DNA of 20,000 nucleotides from an uncultured virus (IMG/VR IMGVR_UViG_3300050821_008714) (lineage: Duplodnaviria > Heunggongvirae > Uroviricota > Caudoviricetes). The stretch is taken from the IMG/VR virus record IMGVR_UViG_3300050821_008714; one strand, 5' to 3'. Positions 1 to 7,309 of this stretch are shown here, piece after piece. The notes beneath the pieces are model-generated. The model had not been told where the DNA came from. It made no database searches and worked only from the letters and a program-made list of their open reading frames with translations. A program made the position numbers and the translations under genes. Every line of letters starts with the position of its first letter. The first letter of the stretch is position 1.

Positions 1-2
1 GC

Positions 3-635
3 CTGCCGACGGCCGCGACGCCCCGGCGGATCGCGTCCCAACCGGCCTGGAGGCGGCACCGGCTGCTCACCTCCGAGGTGGCCGAGCTGCAGGACGCGGT
101 CGCCGAGGGCGAGCTGCCCGGCATCGCGCAGGAGCTCGCCGACTGCGTGTACGTGCTCTACGGCACGGCGCTGACGTACGGCATCGACCTGGACGCCGTG
201 ATCGCCGCGGTGCACGCCGCGAACATGACGAAGATGGGCGCGAACGGCAGGCCGATCCTGGTGAACGGCAAGGTCCAGAAGGGCCCCAACTACGTCAGGC
301 CGGACGTGGCCGCCGTGCTCGCCCGGCAGGAGGCGCCGGGTCCCTACGGGGGCCGCGGCACCGGCCCGGACCACCGGCTGACCGTGAGCATGTCCGCGCT
401 CGGCGAGATCGGCGGCCCGCACGTCCTGTACCGCCTGGACCACCCGGCCGAATGCGACCGGCTGCCGTACGGGCAGCGCTGCGAGCTGGACACCGGCGCC
501 AGGCGGGGCTGGCCGGAGCAGGTCGGCGAGTTCACGATCTCGGCCTGGTGGGCCAAGGACTGGACGGATCAGGGATGGGAATATGACGCGGGCGTCGACT
601 GGGCGCCCGTCGAGACCGAGGAGGCGGCACGATGA
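3..635 (+). CDS. MazG-like / PRA-PH family nucleotide pyrophosphohydrolase, 5'-truncated, with extra C-terminal region
   Basis: Motif EVAEL...ELADCVYVLYGTALTYGIDLDAVIAAVHAANMTK...GKVQKGPNY. The frame is open back to position 3, so the true start lies upstream of the window. Confidence 0.85.
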   Translation: MPTAATPRRIASQPAWRRHRLLTSEVAELQDAVAEGELPGIAQELADCVYVLYGTALTYGIDLDAVIAAVHAANMTKMGANGRPILVNGKVQKGPNYVRPDVAAVLARQEAPGPYGGRGTGPDHRLTVSMSALGEIGGPHVLYRLDHPAECDRLPYGQRCELDTGARRGWPEQVGEFTISAWWAKDWTDQGWEYDAGVDWAPVETEEAAR

Positions 636-1441
636 CGAGCATGGCACTGCACGCGGCGCCGACAGGGCGCAGACGGGGCTGGTTCGCCCGGCTGCGCGAC
701 TGGTGGACGGAGAACAGGGAACTGGCCATGGCCGAGCGCGAGCGCGAGGCATTCGACTGGACCGAGCCCGAGCCGGACCCCGAGCCGCGCCTGCGCTCGT
801 CCGCCCCGCCGAGCGGCGGAGGATGGCCGACGCTCCCGCCGCCCCAGCCGCCGCAGACGGTGCACCCGCCGTTCGCGCACAGGCCGGCCCAGCACACGCA
901 CGTCGCGATCCGGATGCAGCGCGTCCTGACCGAGGCGTCCTGGGATCCGGACCTGACCCCGACGAAGCTGTGGAACTCGATGAGGCCCCTCGTCAACGAG
1001 CTGGTCGCGCTGGCCGGGCAGGAGCAGGACCAGCCGAGGCGGATGGAGCGCAACCAGCATGCCGCGGTGGCGCAGACGGTGCTGCTGCAGGACGCGGTCC
1101 TGCGCGGCGTGCCGGACGAGGCCGCGGTGGAGCAGGCGAAGGAGGGGATCGTCGGCCGGGCAGGGCACGTGGCCCAGGTCGAGCGCACCGCCGCCATGGA
1201 GCCGATCACCGACGACACGCCGGACCCGCGCGCCGCGGACCTGCCGCAGGACGTGAACCCCGGCGACGCCGAGGCGCCGCCGGAGCAGTCGCCGGTGCGC
1301 GACCCGGACGAGCCGATACCGCTGCCGACCGAGGAGTTCGTGGGCGGCGAGCACGGGAAGCAGGATCCGCCCAAACCGCGCAGGTCGCCGCGCACCAAGC
1401 GCGCCCCGGCCCCGGAGCCGCAGGAAGCGGGGAGCACATGA
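632..1441 (+). CDS. hypothetical protein (269 aa)
   Basis: ATGA overlap with the previous gene, GGAGG RBS, GC3-rich codons, ATGA overlap with the next gene. Confidence 0.75.
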   Translation: MTSMALHAAPTGRRRGWFARLRDWWTENRELAMAEREREAFDWTEPEPDPEPRLRSSAPPSGGGWPTLPPPQPPQTVHPPFAHRPAQHTHVAIRMQRVLTEASWDPDLTPTKLWNSMRPLVNELVALAGQEQDQPRRMERNQHAAVAQTVLLQDAVLRGVPDEAAVEQAKEGIVGRAGHVAQVERTAAMEPITDDTPDPRAADLPQDVNPGDAEAPPEQSPVRDPDEPIPLPTEEFVGGEHGKQDPPKPRRSPRTKRAPAPEPQEAGST

Positions 1442-2619
1442 ACCGTCGAAAGCTCGGAGCGGTCGTCGCGGCGGCTGCGCTGGCCGCCGGAGGCGTAGGA
1501 GCGCTCGCCGCGGCCAGCGCCGGGCCCGGCCCGGCGGGCGACACGTACACGGCGGTCGCGCCTGTCCGGATCTGCGACACCCGAGGCGGCACCCAGGTCG
1601 CGGGCGGATGCAGCGCCGGGCAGGTGGCGGCCGGCGGCAGCGTCACGGTCAGCCCGGACGCCGCGGGCATCTCCGGGGAGTCGGCCGTGGTGCTCAACGT
1701 CACCGCGACCGGATCGCCCGGCGGCGGCAACATCACCGTCGACCCGGCCGGCGTCCCGGAGACGTCCAGCTCCAATCTGAACTACTCGAAGGGCCAGACG
1801 GTCCCGAACCTGGTGATCGTGCAGACGGGAGCCGGGGACAGGGTCACGCTCTACAACAACTCCAGCTCGGGCGTGCAGCTGATAGTCGACCTGGAGGGCT
1901 ACTACACGGGACCCGGCGCGTCGCCGACGACGCCCGCGCCCACCGCGGCGAGCGCGAGCCCGGCCCCGCCCGTGCCGCTGGGCATGGCCGGGACGTTCAC
2001 CCTGATCGGCGGGGACGAGTTCAACGGCACGTCGCTGGACACGTCGATGTGGACGCCCGGCTGGTTCGGGACCGGCATCACCGGCCCGGTCAACTCGGGC
2101 GAGCACCAGGGCTACGACTCGGCGAACGTCACCGAGCCGGGCGACGGCACGCTGCATCTGGCGCTCACCTCGGCGCACGGCGCGCTCGTGTCGAGCAACA
2201 CGCATTTCAGCTTCGCCTCGCCGGGGGCGTACGAGGCCAGGGTGTACCTGCCAGGCAGCGCGGGCGACCTGTACGACTGGCCCGCCGCGTGGACGGACGG
2301 GCAGAGCTGGCCCGCCGACGGCGAGATCGACGCCGTGGAGGGTCTGGGCACCCCGGACACGCCGTGCTTCCACGTGCACACCAGCGCGGGCGGCCCCGGC
2401 GGCTGCCCGGCGGGGGACTTCACCGGCTGGCACACGTACGGGTTCCAGTGGACCGGCACGGCCGTCACGTTCTACTACGACGGCGCGGACGTCGGCAGCG
2501 AGCCGTACAGCACGGGCAACTCGCCGCAGTACCTGGTGTTCGACAACACGTCCACCGGCACCCCGGTGCCGGACGTGATGCAGGTCGACTACGTCCGGGT
2601 GTGGTCCCAGGTAGGCTGA
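1438..2619 (+). CDS. secreted GH16 glycoside hydrolase (beta-glucanase-like, 393 aa) with N-terminal actinobacterial beta-rich domain
   Basis: Signal peptide MNRRKLGAVVAAAALAAGG; PVRICDTR...AVVLNVTAT...SNLNY...TVPNLVIV...LIVDLEGYY domain; Pro/Thr/Ala linker; DEFNGTSLD, WPAAW, catalytic EIDAVE, WHTYG and MQVDYVRVW motifs. Start reassigned to ATG 1438. Confidence 0.88.
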   Translation: MNRRKLGAVVAAAALAAGGVGALAAASAGPGPAGDTYTAVAPVRICDTRGGTQVAGGCSAGQVAAGGSVTVSPDAAGISGESAVVLNVTATGSPGGGNITVDPAGVPETSSSNLNYSKGQTVPNLVIVQTGAGDRVTLYNNSSSGVQLIVDLEGYYTGPGASPTTPAPTAASASPAPPVPLGMAGTFTLIGGDEFNGTSLDTSMWTPGWFGTGITGPVNSGEHQGYDSANVTEPGDGTLHLALTSAHGALVSSNTHFSFASPGAYEARVYLPGSAGDLYDWPAAWTDGQSWPADGEIDAVEGLGTPDTPCFHVHTSAGGPGGCPAGDFTGWHTYGFQWTGTAVTFYYDGADVGSEPYSTGNSPQYLVFDNTSTGTPVPDVMQVDYVRVWSQVG

Positions 2620-2627
2620 CCGACCAG

Positions 2628-2663
2628 CAGGGGCGGCACCGCGCACAACGCGGGCCGCCCCTG
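2628..2663. terminator. GC-rich hairpin, probable bidirectional terminator between convergent genes
   Basis: CAGGGGCGGC-a-CCGCG / cacaa loop / CGCGG-GCCGCCCCTG: 15-bp stem with one bulge. Confidence 0.7.
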
Positions 2664-2671
2664 TCGGCGTG

Positions 2672-2857
2672 TCAGCTGACCGCGATCCCCGAGGCGTGCA
2701 GGGCGATCGGGACGAAGTACGCCAGGAAGGCGACGCAGGCGCACGCCCACGACCAGCGCGCGGACGGCGGGGTCGGGCCGGTGCGCGCCTCCAGCACTTC
2801 GAGGGCCAGCGCGAAGAACATGAAGATCACGGCGATCCAGTCGCAAAACTCGGTCAT
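2672..2857 (-). CDS. small two-TM membrane protein (61 aa)
   Basis: MTEFCDWIAVIFMFFALALEVLE...WSWACACVAFLAYFVPIALHASGIAVS. It fills a gap between + strand genes, ends next to the hairpin, and has TACCGT 6 nt before the ATG. Confidence 0.6.
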   Translation of the reverse strand: MTEFCDWIAVIFMFFALALEVLEARTGPTPPSARWSWACACVAFLAYFVPIALHASGIAVS

Positions 2858-2875
2858 ATCCGCACGGTACGGCGC

Positions 2876-2943
2876 TTGACGGCGGGGCGGTAGGTGCGCC
2901 ATAGTTGTCATCAGTAGGCCGACCGTTCAGGGAAGAGAAGACC
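2876..2943 (+). promoter_or_regulatory. sigma70/HrdB-like promoter with conserved phage motif and RBS
   Basis: TTGACG (2876)-18 nt-CATAGT, overlapping TTGTCATCAGTAG-N4-ACCGTTCAGGGAAGA, which is repeated at 6891. Confidence 0.65.
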
Positions 2944-3156
2944 ATGAAGCTCCGATTCGCCTCCATTGGCACCGTCGTGAAGTTCCGAGACGACTTCGGC
3001 GGGACGCGCGCCGTCCAGGGCAAGCTGTTCAGGATCGTCAGCGAGCCGCAGGACACGCCCGACGGGCTGGAGTATGTGACGGTCGAGCGCATCGGCCTGA
3101 AGAAGCCGTGGAGCCGCCTCGCGTGGCTGGAAGACCTGCAGGTAGTCGAGCAGTAG
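2944..3156 (+). CDS. hypothetical protein (70 aa)
   Basis: ATG after purine-rich GGGAAGAGAAG; MKLRFASIGTVVKF... Confidence 0.7.
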   Translation: MKLRFASIGTVVKFRDDFGGTRAVQGKLFRIVSEPQDTPDGLEYVTVERIGLKKPWSRLAWLEDLQVVEQ

Positions 3157-3174
3157 ACCAGGGAAGAGAAGACC

Positions 3175-3453
3175 GTGAAGAAGACCACGCACACCGTCGA
3201 GGCCCTCGACGCCCCCGCCCCCGACGGCGGCCCCGCCGTCAAGATCTCCTGCAACTGCGAGATCTGCCCCGCCGTCGGCATCGCCGCCGTCGTGCGCAAG
3301 GCCTACGCCGACGAGCACAACCTCGCCGCCCAGACCGCGCAGGCCTACACCGAGGTCCACAACCTCATCCACATGGCCAACAGCCCGCTGCGCCGCGCCC
3401 CGCAGATCATGGCCAACGGCCCGTGGCCCGCCAGCGCCGTTCCGGAGGCCTGA
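3175..3453 (+). CDS. hypothetical protein with CxCxxC motif (92 aa)
   Basis: Same leader CAGGGAAGAGAAGACC as the gene at 2944; strong C-ending codon bias. Confidence 0.7.
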   Translation: MKKTTHTVEALDAPAPDGGPAVKISCNCEICPAVGIAAVVRKAYADEHNLAAQTAQAYTEVHNLIHMANSPLRRAPQIMANGPWPASAVPEA

Positions 3454-3455
3454 CC

Positions 3456-3881
3456 ATGCGCGTCACGACCCAGCACGCGATGGACCTGATGCCGCAGCTA
3501 CGCGACATCCTGCAGCTGCCCGGAGACCTGGACCTGCCGAAGCTGGCGCGCATCGAGATGGCCGCCGACTCCGTGGATCCGGGCTGGTCGGTGCGCGCGC
3601 AGCTGAAGACCCTGCCGACCGACCCGGAGCGCTGGGAGGCGCTGTCGGCGTGGGGCGGCGGGACCCGCCCGCAGCTGGGGTTCGCGCACATGTCGGACGA
3701 CTACCCGTCGGGCGCGTACCGGAAGGCCACCGTGGAGATCGCCGTCGCCGAGGTGTCGGTGGAGATCTGGACGCACGTGGACGCGGAGTTCGAGCCGCCG
3801 CAGCGTCCGGCCGACGACCCGCCGGACGACGAGGACACGGACGCCTGGCCCGACTTCCACGACGACCCCGGAGACATCTGA
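3456..3881 (+). CDS. hypothetical protein (141 aa)
   Basis: GGAGG RBS, ATG 3456 (MRVTTQHAMDL...), TGATG overlap with the next gene. Confidence 0.7.
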   Translation: MRVTTQHAMDLMPQLRDILQLPGDLDLPKLARIEMAADSVDPGWSVRAQLKTLPTDPERWEALSAWGGGTRPQLGFAHMSDDYPSGAYRKATVEIAVAEVSVEIWTHVDAEFEPPQRPADDPPDDEDTDAWPDFHDDPGDI

Positions 3882-4291
3882 TGGACGACCTCACCCCCGC
3901 CCAGCTCGCGGTGCTCCGGGCAGCCGCCGACGCGCCGAGCGTGCGGCGCCCCGCCCGGCCCGAGCTGAGGGTCGGCGACACGGTCGCCGTCTCGGGCGGC
4001 AGCACGCGCAGCACCCACTTCGAGGCCGTCACGAAGATCGGCCCCAAGTGGGTCACCGTCGGCGCCGACCGCGCGGCGAAGCGGTTCGACCGCACGACCT
4101 GGCGCGGCACGTACGGGTACGGCACCGGCATCTCCATCTGCAGCCCGGAGCAGCACGCCTACGACGAGCGGATGAGTGCGGCCAGGAACAGGCTGTCCGA
4201 CGCGGGCCTGCGGGGCGCGTACCTGGCGGAGATAGCGGACGGGCGCGTGCTGGCCATCGCGGCGCTGCTGGACCTGCTGGACGAGCGGTGA
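3881..4291 (+). CDS. phage hypothetical protein, small beta-barrel-like (136 aa)
   Basis: ATG 3881 overlaps the previous stop; LRVGD...VTKIGPKW...RFD motif; resembles 6941-7309. Confidence 0.7.
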   Translation: MDDLTPAQLAVLRAAADAPSVRRPARPELRVGDTVAVSGGSTRSTHFEAVTKIGPKWVTVGADRAAKRFDRTTWRGTYGYGTGISICSPEQHAYDERMSAARNRLSDAGLRGAYLAEIADGRVLAIAALLDLLDER

Positions 4292-4638
4292 CCGCCCGAC
4301 GCAGGACGCCCGCCCGCCGGATCACCTGCTGCAACTGCCGACGCGCCGACATGCCGAATCGCGGCCACGGATGGTGCCCGGCCTGCTACGGCCGCTGGTA
4401 CCGGGCCGGTATGCCGGACGGGCCCCCGCCCGCGCCCTGGGCGGCGCAGCCGCTCGACGAGGTCGCCATCGAGCTCGCCGTCAAGGGCACGCGCCCGCGC
4501 CTGACCCCGCAGGAGCGGCGGGCCGCCGTCGCCGAGCTGCGGGAGCAGGGCCTGAGCCTGTCGGCGGTCGCCGACCGGCTCGGCTGCTCCCAGCGCACCG
4601 TCGAGCGGCACACCGCAGCGATCAGGACGGAGGCCTGA
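4288..4638 (+). CDS. Zn-finger plus HTH DNA-binding protein (116 aa)
   Basis: GTGA overlap; CxxC...GWCPACY; C-terminal QGLSLSAVADRLGCSQRTVERH helix-turn-helix. Confidence 0.8.
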   Translation: MTARRRTPARRITCCNCRRADMPNRGHGWCPACYGRWYRAGMPDGPPPAPWAAQPLDEVAIELAVKGTRPRLTPQERRAAVAELREQGLSLSAVADRLGCSQRTVERHTAAIRTEA

Positions 4639-4639
4639 C

Positions 4640-5119
4640 ATGGCCGGACAGTACGCGGCCGGTACCGAGGTGTCCTCGGACCGGTCCCGCTCCGAGATCG
4701 AGCGGACGCTCACCCGCTACGGCGCGACGCAGTTCCTCTACGGCTGGTCCGGCGGGCGCGCCACCGTCGGTTTCACCGCGCACGGCCGCAGCATCCGATT
4801 CGAGCTGCCGCTGCCGAATCGCGGAGACAGGGAGTTCACCCGCACCGACACCGGGCGGACGCGCTCCGAGACCGCGGCGGCCGACGCCTACGAGAAGGCC
4901 GTGCGGCAACGCTGGCGCGCCCTGGCGCTCGTGGTCAAGGCCAAGCTGGAGGCGGTCGCCTCCGGCATCTCGACGTTCGAGGACGAGTTCCTGGCCGCCA
5001 CCGTGCTGCCGGGCGGAGCGACCGTGGCGGACACGGTCCGCGACCATGTCGTCGAGGCGTACAGGACAGGGCGCGTGCCCGCGCTGCTCCCCGATTACCG
5101 ACAAGCCATAGAGAGCTGA
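4640..5119 (+). CDS. conserved phage hypothetical protein (159 aa)
   Basis: GGAGG RBS; YAAGTEVSSDRSRSEIERTLTRYGA...RQRWRALALVVKAKLEAVASGISTFEDEFLA is a pattern recalled from many phages. Confidence 0.8.
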   Translation: MAGQYAAGTEVSSDRSRSEIERTLTRYGATQFLYGWSGGRATVGFTAHGRSIRFELPLPNRGDREFTRTDTGRTRSETAAADAYEKAVRQRWRALALVVKAKLEAVASGISTFEDEFLAATVLPGGATVADTVRDHVVEAYRTGRVPALLPDYRQAIES

Positions 5120-5120
5120 C

Positions 5121-5381
5121 ATGCCCGTCTACGTGTTCGAGCGCGTCAAGCGCCACATGACCAAGTACGTCCCGTGTCGCGGCTGCGGTCGGCCGCTGCG
5201 CCGCTCCGCCACCTTCGAGCAGACGATCAACCCGTTCAACAAAGGCGCCGACGGCGTGCCCAAGACGCGCGAGCAGATCGGCGCCGAGCTCGACGATCAG
5301 GCCAAGGGCTGGTACCCGGCCAACGACATCTGCCGCACCTGCGAGATCGCCACGCACAAGCCAATCGGCGGCATCTCGTGA
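5121..5381 (+). CDS. hypothetical Zn-ribbon protein (86 aa)
   Basis: CRGC and CRTC pairs; tight operon spacing. Confidence 0.7.
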   Translation: MPVYVFERVKRHMTKYVPCRGCGRPLRRSATFEQTINPFNKGADGVPKTREQIGAELDDQAKGWYPANDICRTCEIATHKPIGGIS

Positions 5382-5713
5382 GCGGGGATCTCAGGCAGCG
5401 CCCCGAGGACCAGCCGCTCCCGGTCAAGGGCCGAGAGGACGTGCAGGCCCGGCTGATCGAGGCGATCCGGGAGCGCCGGGAGCTCGGCATCCGCCGGTAC
5501 GGGCAGCCGCTGATGACGCACAACGGGCGCGATGCGATGCGCGACGCCTGGGAGGAGGTCATCGACCTGGCCGCGTACCTGACCCAGCTGCGGATGGAGC
5601 AGGCCGACACGGTGCAGGCCGTCGGGCTGATGAACCGCTGGCTTGACGACCACTCCGAGGAGCCGGGCAGCGCGCTGATCGCCATGGCCCGTGACCTGCT
5701 GACCGGTGCATAG
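5378..5713 (+). CDS. phage protein, possible all-alpha NTP pyrophosphatase (MazG-like fold, 111 aa)
   Basis: GTGA overlap; RRELGIRRYGQPL...NGRDAMRDAWEEVIDLAAYL contains an EExxD motif. Confidence 0.6.
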   Translation: MSGDLRQRPEDQPLPVKGREDVQARLIEAIRERRELGIRRYGQPLMTHNGRDAMRDAWEEVIDLAAYLTQLRMEQADTVQAVGLMNRWLDDHSEEPGSALIAMARDLLTGA

Positions 5714-5746
5714 GCCGAGACCAGCGCGCAGCGGTACATTGCGGGC

Positions 5747-5977
5747 ATGACCACTCGACTACAGGCGCTCGTGAGGATCCAGGCCGGCACGGAGCGGGCC
5801 CGCTGGCCCGACATCGTGCCCGGCGACGTGTGGGACGACGCGGACGACGTCAACGCCGCCAACCTGATCAGCGACGGGTCTGCCGTCGCGGCCCCGACCG
5901 GCACCGTGAACTACCCGCACGCCGACCTGAAGCTGCTCGACGGCGTGCCGGGGCTGCGCAGGGCGGTGAGCAACTGA
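5747..5977 (+). CDS. hypothetical protein (76 aa), probably leaderless
   Basis: TACATT 6 nt upstream of the ATG, no RBS; TGATG overlap with the next gene. Confidence 0.65.
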   Translation: MTTRLQALVRIQAGTERARWPDIVPGDVWDDADDVNAANLISDGSAVAAPTGTVNYPHADLKLLDGVPGLRRAVSN

Positions 5978-6243
5978 TGGCGATCTACACCCGCCATCCA
6001 CTGTGGGGCCCCGGCACCGCGCAGCGGCTGCCCCGCCCCGACCAGACCCTGCGGATCCGGATCAGGCCCGGCGTGCTCTCCGGCCTGTACGCCGCGGTCA
6101 GCCGCGATGTATCGAAGGGTGCCCCGCAGGCGCCGCGCGTCGAGACGCGACCGGCCAACGAGACCGACTTCACCCCCGACGGCGTCGCCGAGCCGGGCAC
6201 CGAGGTCCCCATGCCGCAGTGGCACCGCGGCGTCACGAACTAA
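5977..6243 (+). CDS. hypothetical protein (88 aa)
   Basis: ATG overlaps the previous stop; MAIYTRHPLWG... Confidence 0.6.
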   Translation: MAIYTRHPLWGPGTAQRLPRPDQTLRIRIRPGVLSGLYAAVSRDVSKGAPQAPRVETRPANETDFTPDGVAEPGTEVPMPQWHRGVTN

Positions 6244-6261
6244 CAGGGGGGCCGAAGCCTC

Positions 6262-6297
6262 TTGCAGCGCCGGACCGCCATGCTATGTTGTCATCAG
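6262..6297 (+). promoter_or_regulatory. putative promoter with TTGTCATCAG motif
   Basis: TTGCAG-16 nt-TATGTT (TGc extended -10) overlapping TTGTCATCAG at 6288-6297. Confidence 0.5.
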
Positions 6298-6299
6298 GA

Positions 6300-6368
6300 G
6301 GCAGCGAGCTAAGCGGTCAGGGACTGCAGCGAGAGCGAGCAAGCCGGTTCGAATCCCGGCCGTTGCCA
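6300..6368 (+). ncRNA. tRNA-like element (degenerate tRNA or tRNA mimic)
   Basis: Acceptor stem GGCAGCG/CGTTGCC plus A; T-arm GCCGG-TTCGAATC-CCGGC; D-loop-like AGCTAAGCGGT; no canonical anticodon stem. Confidence 0.55.
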
Positions 6369-6405
6369 CTCGGCAGATCGCCGAAGATCAGGTCAGGGAG
6401 TGACG

Positions 6406-6879
6406 ATGTTCTCCACCACGCGCAGGAAGGTCGCGGCCGTCATAGCGGCTGCGGTCGCCGCATCCGTCTTCACGCTGTACGAGACGTCCGGGACCGCCGC
6501 CGCCCCGCTGTCGCGGCCTTCGACCGCCGCCCCGGCACAGTCGGCTCCTCCGATGCCAGGCGATCCGGTTTCGATCCTGGAGTCGATGCACGTCCCGATC
6601 CCGTCCAGCGAGGCCGTCGGACAGGTCGACATCTTCGGGGATCGGTACGCCAGTGGCTCGTTCGCCGACGGCGAGGAGGTCACGGTGTACACATACGCCG
6701 ATTCGCAGGCCCTGGCCAGGGACCTGCAGCAGAACCCCTCGAACGACGCCAACAAGGAGCTGGTCGGCACGGCTCGCCTGTTCACCGTGACCGTGACCGG
6801 CGTGGACACCGGCAATGGGATCAGCTTCCCGGTCCCTGTGTCCGCGCTGGCGCAGGAGTCCGGGACGGTGCTTGACTAG
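6406..6879 (+). CDS. secreted or membrane-anchored hypothetical protein (157 aa)
   Basis: GGGAG RBS; MFSTTRRKVAAVIAAAVAASVF signal-like N-terminus; Pro/Ala linker. Confidence 0.7.
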   Translation: MFSTTRRKVAAVIAAAVAASVFTLYETSGTAAAPLSRPSTAAPAQSAPPMPGDPVSILESMHVPIPSSEAVGQVDIFGDRYASGSFADGEEVTVYTYADSQALARDLQQNPSNDANKELVGTARLFTVTVTGVDTGNGISFPVPVSALAQESGTVLD

Positions 6880-6882
6880 TCC

Positions 6883-6922
6883 TGCTAGACTTGTCATCAG
6901 TAGTTGAACCGTTCAGGGAAGA
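6883..6922 (+). promoter_or_regulatory. putative extended -10 promoter with conserved 32-nt motif
   Basis: TGc-TAGACT overlapping TTGTCATCAGTAG-ttga-ACCGTTCAGGGAAGA. Confidence 0.6.
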
Positions 6923-6940
6923 TCGACAAGGAAGGCAGTC

Positions 6941-7309
6941 ATGAGCGGCGAGCTGAAGCCCAAGGTGGAGATCAAGGTCGGGCAGGAGCTGTCGGCGCGC
7001 TGGCGCGTCAAGACCCGGTACACCGTGGACCGGCGCAGGGCCGTGGTGACCCGTGTTGCCCGCGTCTGGGCCGAGGCCGAGGTGGACGGCTATATCGATC
7101 CGGTCCGGTTCCGGATCGACACCGGACTGGGCGATGAGGCGGCGCAGTTCCACATGGACATCCCCGAGGTGCTGGCCTACGAGCAGCGCATCCGCGACTC
7201 CTGGGCGACGCTGAGGGCGCACGGCATGCGGGCCGACGAGTTCGGGGTGAAGACCCACGACGCCGACCTGTTCGCCGTCGCCGAATTGCTGGAGAAGGGT
7301 GTGAAGTGA
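6941..7309 (+). CDS. phage hypothetical protein (122 aa), probable paralog of 3881-4291
   Basis: AAGGAAGG RBS; collinear motif similarity to 3881-4291. Confidence 0.75.
   Translation: MSGELKPKVEIKVGQELSARWRVKTRYTVDRRRAVVTRVARVWAEAEVDGYIDPVRFRIDTGLGDEAAQFHMDIPEVLAYEQRIRDSWATLRAHGMRADEFGVKTHDADLFAVAELLEKGVK

Noticed and set aside
583..1437. N-terminal 285 aa of the 678-aa ORF in the track
   Set aside because: Overlaps the better gene 632-1441 in another frame; the signal peptide and ATGA overlap place the real start at 1438.
532..2646. 704-aa reverse-strand ORF and other long minus-strand ORFs (8403-9764, 13816-15174, 14955-16268, 16446-17822)
   Set aside because: Shadow ORFs typical of high-GC DNA: Arg/Gly/Ala-rich, no motifs, and antisense to well-supported + strand genes.
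6300..6368. Canonical tRNA-Cys call
   Set aside because: No anticodon stem pairs around CTGCAGC, U8 is missing, the T loop is 8 nt and the discriminator is A; kept only as tRNA-like.
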